60,129 nt of DNA, filler included, from Circinaria calcarea (GCA_051942165.1; 6 parts of 6 records of this genome joined end to end with filler, not necessarily neighbours in it), one strand, 5' to 3'; positions 40,089 to 51,399 are shown, counted from the first letter of the whole stretch. A program made the numbers and translations. Notes: generated by a model not told the origin, from the letters alone.

Positions 40089-40188
40089 NNNNNNNNNNNN
40101 NNNNNNNNNNNNNNNNNNNNNNNNNNNNNNNNTTAATTAATTAANNNNNNNNNNNNNNNNNNNNNNNNNNNNNNNNNNNNNNNNNNNN
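40089..40188. other. Artificial contig linker
   Basis: N44-TTAATTAATTAA-N44. Confidence 0.97.
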
Positions 40189-40494
40189 CAGGATGCCTTT
40201 GCGCTTACGACGTTGCTTTAGCCTAGGTTGGAGATTGTCAGAAAGGGAATCCTTTGTCGAAGTTGAAAAGTTGAGACACTTGCCAGCGATCAGAGATCGA
40301 TATGTAGAAGTCCTCTCCGATAACGAATCCATTCAGCACAATGGAATTAGTGGTGATAAGCACCTAAGATCAATGTTCGGCACAACTTTTACCCATCCCG
40401 CCAATGCGTTTTCGTGTGTTTACACTCGCAGACTTTTACGGAGCAATTTCTTTTGGACTCAACTACAGCAAGATTGAAAGGCATATGTACAATC

Positions 40495-42419
40495 ATGTCT
40501 TCCTATGATAGTTACTCTACCCCTCTGGTGGGTAGATACTCTTCTGCAGAGATGCAGAAATTATTTTCTCTAAGAACACGTTATTCTACCTGGCGTCGAC
40601 TATGGTTATATCTGGCCGAGTCTCAGAAAGAGCTTGGTCTACCCATATCGGACGATGCCATTATGCAAATGGAAGCCCATGTGACAGTTATGGACAACGA
40701 ATTTGAAGTCATTGCTTTAGAGGAGAAGCGGAGAAGACACGACGTAATGGCCTGCGTCCATGCATATTCGCAGGTTGCTCCTGCTGCGGCGCCCATTCTC
40801 CATTGGGGAGCAACCAGTTGCTATGTTACAGACGGTGCAGATCTAATAGCCTTGAGGGACGGGCTAGATATACTTCTGCCGAAGTTGGCGCGTGTCATCA
40901 AGCAATTAAGGGATTTTGCTCTGGAGTGGAAGGATCAGCCCTGTATACTGGTCCCATCTGATGCCTTTCGGGATGGTTACTGACTCATATCCGTTCAACA
41001 GGTTTAGCATATACTCATGGTCAAGCAGCGTAAATATATTCATTTCTATGTAAATGTTTGCAAAACTACTTTTGTCTGATTTTTAATGTCTAGACAGCCT
41101 ACAACTGTTGGAAAGCGTGCTTGTCTTTGGATTCAAGTAAGTGATTTTGTATGGAGCAGCTCGTACTTGGCCGGTATGGACCATCGCTTGCAATGTTGTT
41201 GACTTCAAAGTTTGAAACAAACTTTCTCGTCGTTTGGAAAACCCTGGACTGCGGTATGGAAAGAGCCAGGGTTTGACACCGGACTGTAGAGTTGCACGCT
41301 ATTGCTTCTTACATTGCCAGGATAAGGATCACGATGAGATTCTCTGCGGATTTTGAGTTGTGCCAGAAGCTAACATCTCCAGGATCTTCTCATGGACCTA
41401 CGGAACCTTGAACGAGCACGCTCAGACTTACGCTTCCGCGGCGTCAAAGGCACGACAGGCTCCCAGGCTTCCTTCCTTGCTATCTTTGACGGTGACCATG
41501 ATAAAGTCGAACGCCTGGACGAGCTTGTCACTCGGAAGGCGGGGTTTGACTTTGCATTCATGGTCACGAGCCAAACATACAGCCGAAAGGTCGACGTAGA
41601 TTTGATATCGCAATTGGCATCCTTCGGTTGTACATGTGAGAGGATAGGTGGCGATATTCGGCATCTAGCCATGATGAAGGAAGTTGAGGAGCCATTTGAG
41701 AAGGACCAGATTGGATCGAGCGCTATGGCATTCAAGGTTGGTCCTATGATCACATCTCAAACTAAGCGCATGCTCAAAGACGAAAAGAGAAATCCCATGC
41801 GTAGCGAACGGCTGTGCAGTCTTGGTCGACATTTACGAAATCTCATCGCGAACCCCATGGACACCTATTCCGTACAATGGCTTGAGCGTTCACTTGACGA
41901 CAGCGCAAATAGGCGCATCAGCATACCGGAGAGCTTTCTAACTGCAGATGCATGTCTTATATTGCTCAACAACATTACTTCTGGACTGGTAGTATACCCG
42001 GCCGTGATCAAGAAGAGGATGGACGAAGAGCTACCATTTATGGCCACGTAAGGCCCTAGTAGGCTCCACTTTGTTAGATTCCGACACTAACTAGTGTAAC
42101 AAGCGAAAACATCATGATGGCACTTGTTGAGCACGGCATCTCTCGACAAGAAGCTCATGAAGCGATCCGTGTTCTCTCGCATGAAGCAGGTGCAGTGGTC
42201 AAAATCGAGGGCAAGCCTAATGACCTGATAGAAAGGGTGCGGAGGACCGAGTTCTTCAGGCCGATATGGGAGCAGCTACCGACTCTGCTAAATCCCAAAG
42301 CCTTTACAGGACGATCTGCAGAGCAAGTTACTAAGTTCACGCAGCAGGAGGTGGATATGGCGCTGCAAAAGTATGCTGACTCGTTGGAAGTGACGTCTGG
42401 TGGGGAGTTGCATGTCTGA
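40495..42419 (+). CDS. ADE13: Adenylosuccinate lyase, 6 exons including 28- and 43-nt micro-exons
   Basis: [105 protein letters not shown]. Confidence 0.93.
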
Positions 42420-42756
42420 GGATTGAAATTAGGAAATAAGCCATAGATAAAAAAAATCTCCAAGGTTGAAGGATACCTTTGTATATACTCCTTGAGCTAA
42501 GCAACCTTGAATTAATATGATTGCTTTGATTGTGGTCTCGCTACAAATCAGCGACCTTTATTCCCTATTGAGAATCTTGGCGTCATTTTAGGGTTCCGGT
42601 GTTGTAAAGGACCGATGGCCGATCTTCCTAAATTGTCAATCAACTACAACCGATGGTCACGATACATCGGACGTCCAAGTAGGAAACGAGGATCTCGCGT
42701 TATTGCTCTTTGGTGTGTTTGGATCGCTCAACTTCTTCTATGATTTATCATCCAAG

Positions 42757-43070
42757 ATGCACCCCCACTTGCATACCAAGGATAACAGAGGTACCTGATT
42801 GCCAGACTTGCCACTTGCTTTATGAGCGGAACCTTCACTAATCCTTTACTCGCCATCTTAGGCTGCGAAGAAGTTATGCAGATCCTCGATGAATGCCACG
42901 CTCGTGGCTTCCTCTACAAAGCCACCGGAGGTTGCAATAAAGCCAAACGGGATGTCAACATGTGCCTGAGGGCAGAACGACTGGAGAGGACAGCGAGGAA
43001 CAGGGTAGAGGCGAAGAAAGAACGAGAGAAAATCAAGGCGAAGTGGAAGGAGATTGATATGAACTCTTGA
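42757..43070 (+). CDS. CMC2: Twin Cx9C mitochondrial COX assembly factor, 2 exons
   Basis: MHPHLHTKDNR|GCEEVMQILDECHARGFLYKATGGCNKAKRDVNMCLRAER (two Cx9C motifs). Confidence 0.85.
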
Positions 43071-43320
43071 TTGCCTTGAGATGATGAAGGGACCCGCAGC
43101 TCGTGGAAGTGGCCACGCCGTTCGGAGTTGTACTCGAACATGAATCAGCAGAAGTGTTGGATGTGCATCTATTCAAAAGCTTTCAATGTTCCCCTGTTCC
43201 TGCCGATACTTTCGAATGCTCATCCTACACTGTTACCAAGATATTCAAATGTGCGCGAAGACAAATCAAGAATCCATCAGACACTCGTGCAACTCTACGT
43301 CGGAGTACAAATCACACCAG

Positions 43321-43914
43321 ATGGCTTCCATTTCTCGCAATGTCTTTCCATTCCTATCACTACCCGGCGAGATACGTAACAGTATATACCCGATGTGCCT
43401 ATCACTGCCTCATCAACCCGTCAATATTGTCCGTCAACCACTCGGAAACCATCATCGTAATAGAAAAGCACGGGATATTCTCCAAGTGTGTCGTCAGATA
43501 CGGGATGAAGCCCGGTTTCACTATTTCCAGCTCAATCACTTTCATTTTGACACAGTCTATGAAATGTACTGCTTCCTGAGGAATATCGATCTCGAGCGCC
43601 GGCAAGAGATACGTCGAATTACGTTTACCTATGGTAGGGAGGATCTGTATGGGCATCTTGGAAATGGGTACTATCGGTCTGCCTGGCGCTCGCTCCAGAG
43701 CTGTGATGGGTTGCAGTTCTTTCGCCTCAGGATATTCAACCACAAGTTGGATTATGTCATGAACCACGACCCTGTTAGCTGGCACTGTTTACTCGAATTG
43801 AGAGGCCTGTGCCAAGTTTCCGTGCAAGGATCTCGACGACGCGTCAACTCTTCAAATCTCACACATCATGTGTATTACGAATCCGATCATCCTCTCGCAG
43901 ATCAACTCCGATAG
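43321..43914 (+). CDS. Hypothetical protein with F-box-like N-terminus (FLSLPGEIRNxIY family)
   Basis: MASISRNVFPFLSLPGEIRNSIY..ILQVCRQIRDEA..YFQLNHFHF..FLRNI..RRQEIRRI..LLELRGL. The 3' end may be spliced further. Confidence 0.7.
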   Translation: MASISRNVFPFLSLPGEIRNSIYPMCLSLPHQPVNIVRQPLGNHHRNRKARDILQVCRQIRDEARFHYFQLNHFHFDTVYEMYCFLRNIDLERRQEIRRITFTYGREDLYGHLGNGYYRSAWRSLQSCDGLQFFRLRIFNHKLDYVMNHDPVSWHCLLELRGLCQVSVQGSRRRVNSSNLTHHVYYESDHPLADQLR

Positions 43915-45044
43915 GCATGGTGGAGGCCAAGAAATCATGTGTTGACAATAGAAAACTGAGGCGGCATCTTTCGTCCAAGTCCAAGCTTGCCATGTATTCA
44001 ATGTTACTCTTCGATCCAACTTTGTCATTGGCTCTTATGTGAATGACAATTCTATTCTCAAAACAACCGATGGCTCCTTTGTGCAGTCACAGCAAAGCTA
44101 CCACCAACTGGTTTGGAGAAGCCTGATGTCTACATATCCTTCCACAGTACCTCAAACGGCCTCTCTCTTCCCCTAACCCCGCGTCTCTTCCCTTCAGACC
44201 CCCTAGTCCCAGAACTGAAATCATGAGATTCAACAGGCTTCAATCACACAGACAAAACGTACGTACACAACTCATCACGTAAAGCTTGCCAAAGGCATCC
44301 ATCCATCTATAAACCCCTTTTTTTATCTTCTTAAAAATCAAAAGAGCATACAAATCAAAATCTCTTGCAGCCCCCCTACAATAACACCCCCCAGGGGGAA
44401 TATCACATTTCAGATTCGGAGAGAAGAGCACGAACACAAACACAGACCCCGTTGAGAAATATGTATATGGGATTCAATAACTCAGTATCGATTCTCCGTT
44501 CTCACACTTTATCCCTCCCCCGGCCCCCTCGCCGGGGGGGGGCAACCTCTTCTTCCACTTCCTCTTCCACTTCCTACCCCTCTTCCCATCCCCTAGACGA
44601 ATGGACTGAGCCGGGAGATGTGGGAAACAGGGGAATCAAAGGCTGCCGGAGAAAGAAGAGACGAGGGCATGAGGGATAGCAGACGAAGGAAAAAGTGCGA
44701 TTGGATAAAGGAGTCGCAGTTTGGTAGGGAAAGAATAGCGGGTAGGATGCGAGGTTTTGTTGGGAACTGTTGTAGAACGAGAAGCGTAAGATGGAAGTGA
44801 AAGGGTAAATCAGGTCGAAATAGGTAGAGACATAATTATGGAGTCACAATAAATAAGAGAGCACATGGGACGAGGAGGAATTGGACTTTGGTAATTAGCT
44901 GCTGTCAATGAGGCATATTGAAGTAATCTGAACAAACAGGTCCTTCCCCCTCGAAGACATTACATCTTGGCCTCCGAATCAACGAGACCCTTATGAGTTG
45001 GTTTGCAGAAGGGGCATTCAACTCCTTGTCTAGATGCTGCTGGA

Positions 45045-45579
45045 GCCTGACCAAGGCTGTTTTATGCCACGCAGCATCCTTAAATGGTCAAAGTGAGACT
45101 TCGGCAATTCTTCAAGATGATGGTATCCCGTAATTATCAGCTCACATTAGAGAGCCGAATGCACCTGCTCAGCATCTCATAAGCGGCGTTTGCTGAATCT
45201 CGGTTCCTGTGATGGTTTAGATGCCAGCGTAAATCTAGACATCGGATCTGCCTTCTGTGTTTCCATCCGATTGATCGAAGGAATTTGTAAAGGGTGATAG
45301 TGCCCAAAGATAAAAGCGATTATTACGGCGATATATCTAATAGCCGTCGTCGTAGATCTGGCGCCAGGTGAGAAGAGTAGTCAAGGAATTCCTTTTAGCC
45401 ACGTGCAAATCTCTTTTGGGTATCGGGGTAGACGGGTTGATGGGGTTCACCAAAAGATGACGGTATATAAGCAGGTGGAACTCTAGAGGGAAATTGAGCC
45501 ACGCGTTGGATGGTAAGGCGGATTGAGGCGGATTGCTAGATGGCCAATGGTGAGGGCTGCTGGTCTTAATATTTGTCAA
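45045..45579 (-). pseudogene. Decayed paralog of the 43321 F-box-like gene
   Basis: WLNFPLEFHLLIYRHLL..LLTWRQIYDDGY*IYRRNNRF, frameshift, LYKFLRSIGWKHRRQIRCL..AAYEMLSRCIRL, frameshift, HLRMLRGIKQ. Blocks are colinear with the 43321 protein. Confidence 0.65.
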
Positions 45580-45795
45580 GGAGGAGGATAGCCATGCACA
45601 TCTGAGATCCTCAAGGTGCGATAGGCTTCGTCGTGTTCCTGATAGGACCTTCGATACAAATTATGGACCTTTGGAGATATTCTCACGAACCTGCTTGGCG
45701 CTCAATAATAGGTAAAATTAGCCTTCTGCGGTTTTGAAAAGCTTCCACGATTGACCATTAATTGGACGGAGCAGTGGATGGAAAAGGATATTTCG

Positions 45796-46885
45796 TTAAC
45801 TTTCTGAATCATGGCCTTCCGGTCCATTTGGAAGGGCTTTTGTAGATTGACTAGGTTTGTGCTTCCGTTTCCTTTTCTTCTTTTCAGGTGCATTCTTTGC
45901 AATGTCAACCACACCTTCCACGGGCAAACTCATGTCAGAATCTCCTTTTACTTCGTGCTTCTTGGCAACTGATAAATCGCCCACAGACGCTGACTTCTTA
46001 GGCGTCTTGACACTCAATGGATTCGGTCCTTTCGGTCCTTTGACCTTTCGTTTCTTCTTTTCTACCTCTTCACCGGGTGGTTCTTTTCCGTCCCAGTCGT
46101 GCTCTGCTCCTTGTCCCTCCTCTGGTTCCCTTTTCCTCTTCACTCCGGTTGTCTTTAGTCCTTCCCTCAACTTTCCCCTCTCCATGCCTTCTTTTGCACT
46201 TTTACTAACATCGGCCATTGGCTCCATGACCATCACACTCCTCTTTACATATACACTAGGCACACCTCTGATACCCCTGCACCACCGTCGTACGTCCTCA
46301 TCTTGACTAGCCACCACATACCGATTCTTATTCGTGCTAGAACCTTTAGGATCGATGATATCTTTGTAGCAGTCCAGAGTCGATAGCGGTTCGTCGAGAA
46401 CGTGGTGGTTGCACCGACGGCGCTCAAAGGTTTTTGCATTTTCGATGAATGCAGTTTTTTGAGGAGCGGGGATGCTTGCAGGGAGAGCGTATAGATGGCG
46501 GATAGAACATTGAGTGATCACTATTCAATTCTAATTAGTACCGCCTTCAACGCTCATGCCGTGTAGGCAGCTTGGGCAACTCTGGTAAAAAGAGACCTCA
46601 CTAGGTTTGATCTGGCCTTGTAACGTCCGCTGTAAGCTGGCAGCAAGGTCCATCTTGAAACGCTCCGTGTCCTGTATCATTTGCGCATCGACTATCCCGT
46701 GTTATCAGCAGTCCGTGAGCCAATGCCGCCATCAGTATACTTACCAAGAACTTGATACGGCTCCCGGAAGCCGAATGTCAGACCGTAGGTCCTAAACATT
46801 CTGTTTAGCTACCTCCTGACCTGATTGAATAGTATGAAGCTTACTGCATCAGCTTCCGATATTGCTTAGAGCGTTTGCCCTTCAT
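45796..46885 (-). CDS. UTP23: rRNA-processing PIN-domain protein Utp23, 4 exons
   Basis: MKGKRSKQYRKLMQ|TYGLTFGFREPYQVL|VDAQMI..QIKP|MITQCSIRHLY..ERRRCNH..NKNRYVVASQD..GVP..KGPKGPNPLSVK. Confidence 0.92.
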
Positions 46886-47216
46886 TGTGAAGTGGTGGGA
46901 AGAGGATGCGCTTTGGTATGTTCAAGACGAAGTCATTTCCTTCTGATGGAATTTGTTCGCGACGATTAGATTAAGATTCAGACCTTATCTTATCTAATCC
47001 ATAGCCCTCTTCTACACAAGAGATACCAAGGTGTTGTAGTTACGGAGCTCACGAACTGTCAATTAATAATGGAGCAAGGTTAGGATCTTGTTACAGAAGA
47101 CAAATACCAGGTGTCGAGAAACATCCTTATCGTTATCAAGTAACAGAAGTTAAATTTGTATACTTCTATGCTACTTTTGACAAGCAGTATAAAGCTTTGT
47201 GCTGTTTTCTTGCCAT

Positions 47217-47801
47217 CTAATCCACCCATATCCCTTTGACAAGCACCCCTTCCCATGGCGCCCACATTACCACCACCCTGTTCTCCACAAACTCACACAT
47301 TTCCCCCTGTCTCTTCAGCTTACTCGCCAACTCTTTCCACTTCTCCCCTTCCCTCGCCATGATCCTAACCCAGAATGCTCTAACGATGTCATTTTCCGAA
47401 GGATAGACTGTAAAGAGGGATTTCCAATCAGAGGCCCAGGTTAGGGGCTGGAAACCGGAGGACCTGGCGTCTTGGTCCAGGCGGGTTTTGATCATTTCTA
47501 GCTTAGCGAGCTGGCGGCGGGTGAGCTTAGCAGAAGGAAAAAGGTACGTTCCTGTAGTTTGAAAGGAGGACGTGGTTAACATGTTTGATATGGTAGAGAT
47601 TCCCAAGAAATGCTTACCAGTTGCCGCTATCAGTTTGTAAACTCCATCCAAAGGGTCCAAAATGTACCAGACCCAGCAAAAAATCCCAAGCACAATATTT
47701 GCAAGGATTTCATAGCCAGAAAGGCATCCTCGAAAAGCGCAGACACTGAGCGTGACAGATAAAATGGCGGGTTGGTAATCGAATTGCATGCAGAGAACCA
47801 T
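47217..47801 (-). CDS. Hypothetical protein with hydrophobic N-terminal half; possibly a 5'-disrupted gene
   Basis: 194-aa ORF. An in-frame TAG lies just upstream and a possible upstream exon begins near 48042. No recognisable domain. Confidence 0.35.
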   Translation of the reverse strand: MVLCMQFDYQPAILSVTLSVCAFRGCLSGYEILANIVLGIFCWVWYILDPLDGVYKLIAATGKHFLGISTISNMLTTSSFQTTGTYLFPSAKLTRRQLAKLEMIKTRLDQDARSSGFQPLTWASDWKSLFTVYPSENDIVRAFWVRIMAREGEKWKELASKLKRQGEMCEFVENRVVVMWAPWEGVLVKGIWVD

Positions 47802-48854
47802 ATAGACTCCAACGATGACATACTAGGTTGACATAGAGAGATTAGTACCATGGTGGAGAGTTTCGGGTATCGAGGGCTAATGGCAAGTGTGTCGAAACCG
47901 CGAAGCCAGTCATAAGATGATCAATAGAAAGATGGGGGCATACCATGATATTGACCAAGACATTCTCTGGTTGAGGAGAACAACGGTCGATTGTATGTAA
48001 GGTGTAGGCAATAGTACCAAGCAGCAGTGCAAATTTTATCCATTGCTCTCCAGGATGGTGATGGTAATCCTAACAATGTGCAAGTATCAGACTACGGCAA
48101 GCTCGGGACGGATATAATGAGGTTTTACTTACAGCCATGATTCCTTTGTCCAAAGTTAACTTAATAGGTACTGGCAAGTACGAAGAAGGATTGTAAGACT
48201 GTTGTGTTTGGAAATAAAACTGAGATAGAGGTCGAGAACAGCAGAAAACAGTTCTAGATGATTTGGCCAAATCGGTGTTGGTGGTGATATCCGTGTTGAT
48301 ACTGACAACCTTGTAGCTGGATCTCATGCCTTTGTCAATCACTACAATCTTAATGATAGTCCCACAAAGAAAAGTCTCTGCTCACTCATACTTAACCTAT
48401 AGCTGGAACACTCTGCGTAACGGACTGCAGTAATGTAGACCGTCGAGCACATATGCTTGGTCTATCACGAGGGAATTTTCGACAAGCAGGAAGACACTGA
48501 ATGGGCGTGGGGCATGAAAAGGGAGACAGACATGATTCGTTCTCCTACGATACCTAGTATCTACATTCTGGTTGGAGTAAGATTAAGGTGAAACAATCAC
48601 AAGAACTGTGCATGGGCACGCATAAGAAAAGCTGAACAGCTCACAAGTAAAGCTATTAATCTCAATCTGCCTCGCAGACCAGTTGGCCCTGTTTCTCTCG
48701 TAATTCTGTACTCAAAACCATTATTGCATCAAACTAGTAAGATCGTTCGGTCGTGAACTGCACCATTCCATCCGTGAAGTCTCCAACAAGAAATCGAACC
48801 CGCAACAAATCCCCATTGTGCCATCCGCTAGATCATTTGTATAGTGCTTGTGAT

Positions 48855-49609
48855 CTATCGACTAAAGTAGGAGCCGACCAAGGCGACCAGATCATCGAAC
48901 AACACAAAATATGACTTCGGAACGGGAGCCGCAGTTGCCAAACAATGAAGCTCGGGAGATACTTCGTGGAAAGCTTCATTCATCTGCTCGAATTGTTTTT
49001 CCGACATCTGAAGTATTGCTTCCGCCTTTTCTTTGAAGCACACAGCACAGAAAACCGGCGGGAAGGACCGAATTAGCTGGCGGGGGAGCGAGATGACTGC
49101 CAGCACGTACGTCCTCCACGAAACTCCATAATAGGCTAAGCCGGCCAGGCTCAACATGAATAACAGTCCTCCACGTGAATTCATTTCAAGCATAGCCTGG
49201 CTGGCGGTAGCACCAACGATAAGTGAGCAGCAGACCATAGCTAGCGGGTAACCCATTGGTTTGGAATGAGCGATCATGACACCCGCGTTTTTGATCTAAA
49301 ATTGATTGGTAAGTCTGAACGGTACAGGCCAAATAGGAAGGTTTGTTATCAGACGGCGGCTTGAAACGGGAGGATTGAAGAAGCGTGTGAACATCGACTT
49401 ACCATGACTCCCACCATGAAGGCAGCAAGGAGAGGGAAGAGGCGTCTCGGGTCATAAAAGCGGGGGCATTCGGTCTTGACATAGTGCTGAACACCGGAGA
49501 CAATGATTATGAGCCCGAAAAGAGACGCAATAATGCTTGGTGGAGAGCGCTTAGTGTATCCAATTGTTAGCTTTGTTAAGGCCTGAAATATTAGTAGACT
49601 CACCTGCAT
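48855..49609 (-). CDS. Hypothetical multi-pass membrane protein, 3 exons
   Basis: ATGCAG|GTGAGT..CTAAC..AAG|RSPPSIIASLFGLIIIV..MVGVM|GTAAGT..TAG|IKNAGVMIAHSKPMGYPL.. joins in frame; four hydrophobic stretches. Confidence 0.6.
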
Positions 49610-50062
49610 CGTTCCTGACTGTAGACGTTCAATCTAGTTCTTAATTGTTGCTCAAAGAGCTCTTGCGAGGCTTGATGTATGTGAATTCAGGGTTGTAATC
49701 GCAACAAAAAGTGGTGCAAGAAGAGGTTGTGTGTAGAGCTGTATTTGTTGATGCTCTCAAACATAGCGCCTACAGATAAACACATCCTTCGTCTATCAAC
49801 CAAGCGGCTTGGTCCGTGCTATAGTGTAGCTTGTCAGTGTTTTGGCAAGAGTCCCGAAGGTGGCGAGCTTCTGAAGGAGGTAGATGAAAAGGCGAGAGTC
49901 TGGCGAAACCCTTGGCTCGGAGCTACCCCTGTTTGATATTGCACCCATTGAAATTACCGGTCACCGTACCACCAATCAAGGACACTCTTCCTCATTAATT
50001 ACTCCAAGCCCCCTCCTTTGCAATTACTCCCACTCTCTCACCTACCAATCCTCTCTACCATA

Positions 50063-50109
50063 ATGCCACCCAAACGCAACCCCCCCACCGCTCTCTCCTC
50101 CGGTACCTC
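50063..50109 (+). CDS. Possible 5' end of a gene (MPPKRNPP..) cut by contig end
   Basis: CT-rich leader, CATAATG start context and a typical fungal MPPKR start; too short to identify. Confidence 0.35.
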
Positions 50110-50209
50110 NNNNNNNNNNNNNNNNNNNNNNNNNNNNNNNNNNNNNNNNNNNNTTAATTAATTAANNNNNNNNNNNNNNNNNNNNNNNNNNNNNNNNNNN
50201 NNNNNNNNN
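50110..50209. other. Artificial contig linker
   Basis: N44-TTAATTAATTAA-N44. Confidence 0.97.
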
Positions 50210-51006
50210 AGCGTAGGATTGCAAAGAAGTTTGGAACGAATGGGGTCACCCTAGGGCACGATGAGGACACCAGAGTAAAGTTGGAGAATGGGAAGAGACC
50301 GAAAGGGAAACCTAGGGTCGCTGGGAGCGCTAGAGGTCGAGAATTGAGGGTTGCTGCAGCTCTTGCAAGATTCGGTGGGCAGCAGGAAGAGCCTGTGAAA
50401 AATGAACAGGCTGATGGCGGGAGCGACACGGATAGTGACTACGAAGATGTCAACGTGAAGACCGAGGTTGCTACCGACCTCGATGGGTCAAGGCTGGTGG
50501 ATAGTAAGGGTAACGGAATGGTGAAGGTTTGCGAAGACGAGGATGGGGATGATGTTCATGTCAAACAGGAAATGCAAGAGCTTCAGGATATCAACGATAT
50601 TGCCCTCACATCTAGCTAGGCAAAAGTATCTATTAAGAACGATGGAGTTCTATCAAACGTTAGCAAAAACGACAATGACAATACACGTGGCCAAGGTGGC
50701 CAGAAAATCCGGGGAATAAACAAAAGTTTGCCATCAGAGTCAGACAATCCAATTAACCGTGTCAATGATGTACAGAGGGCGTCAGTCTTTAAGCCAGGCG
50801 GAAGGATTGGTGTGAGCTGTCCCGTTTGTTCTCTGACAAATGCACGTTCAGAAACGCTGTGTGTCGCGTGCTCGCATGTTCTCGAACCCCACAGCATGCC
50901 TGGTCACTGGCAATGCTCAAGTACGACATGCTTGGAAAGCTTATACATCAACTCCGCTGACTCTGGCTTGTGTGGAGTTTGTGGAAGTCGAAAGCCATAT
51001 GGATGA
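50210..51006 (+). CDS. 3' part of a WLM/Wss1-family metalloprotease with C-terminal zinc fingers; one in-frame TAG at 50617-50619
   Basis: RIAKKFGTNG..LG..KPRVAGSARGRELRVAAALARF, then CPVCSLTN..CVACSHVL..WQC..C..YIN..CGVCG in the same frame after the TAG. The protease domain itself lies outside the contig. Confidence 0.7.
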
Positions 51007-51399
51007 AATACTCGAGGTATCTTAACATGCACAGTGTTCTAAACATCATGTTATGTTCGACCATTTAGATAGACGGATTCAGGTCTAACAAGCTGTCTAT
51101 CTTAATCCTTCAGACTGAACAGTCTGACTTGATGGTTCAGATCAGCAAACTAGCCACTGATACTGGCTGCTATTTCTGGATTGGAAACAGACTAGAGAGT
51201 ATGGAAGGTTACAAGGATGCTCGATTGGTTGTAACTGCCAACCACGGCAATCAGGGTTGCTTTACGGCCAAGACTGATTCAAGATCCAGTGTACTTTGGT
51301 CTCGGTAATGTCCTAGAGCACTATGGCCGGATTTGGGATATCATTTGGCGCGAAAGTAGCATCCGGAAACTCATCATGTGAGGAAGAGTTTTATGAATC

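Noticed and set aside
10025..50165. TTAATTAATTAA recurring every ~10 kb as a biological periodic element
   Set aside because: Always centred in exactly 44+44 Ns; it is a six-frame-stop assembly linker.
25706..50619. TAG reassigned to an amino acid (alternative genetic code)
   Set aside because: Conserved genes (KES1, PGM, REX2, the Gfo/Idh/MocA gene, the Bni4-like gene) end at TAG at their expected C-termini, and core genes have no internal TAG.
50063..51006. MPPKR start before the gap as the N-terminus of the Wss1-like fragment
   Set aside because: They lie on different contigs joined by an artificial linker, and the missing protease domain could not fit in 100 nt.
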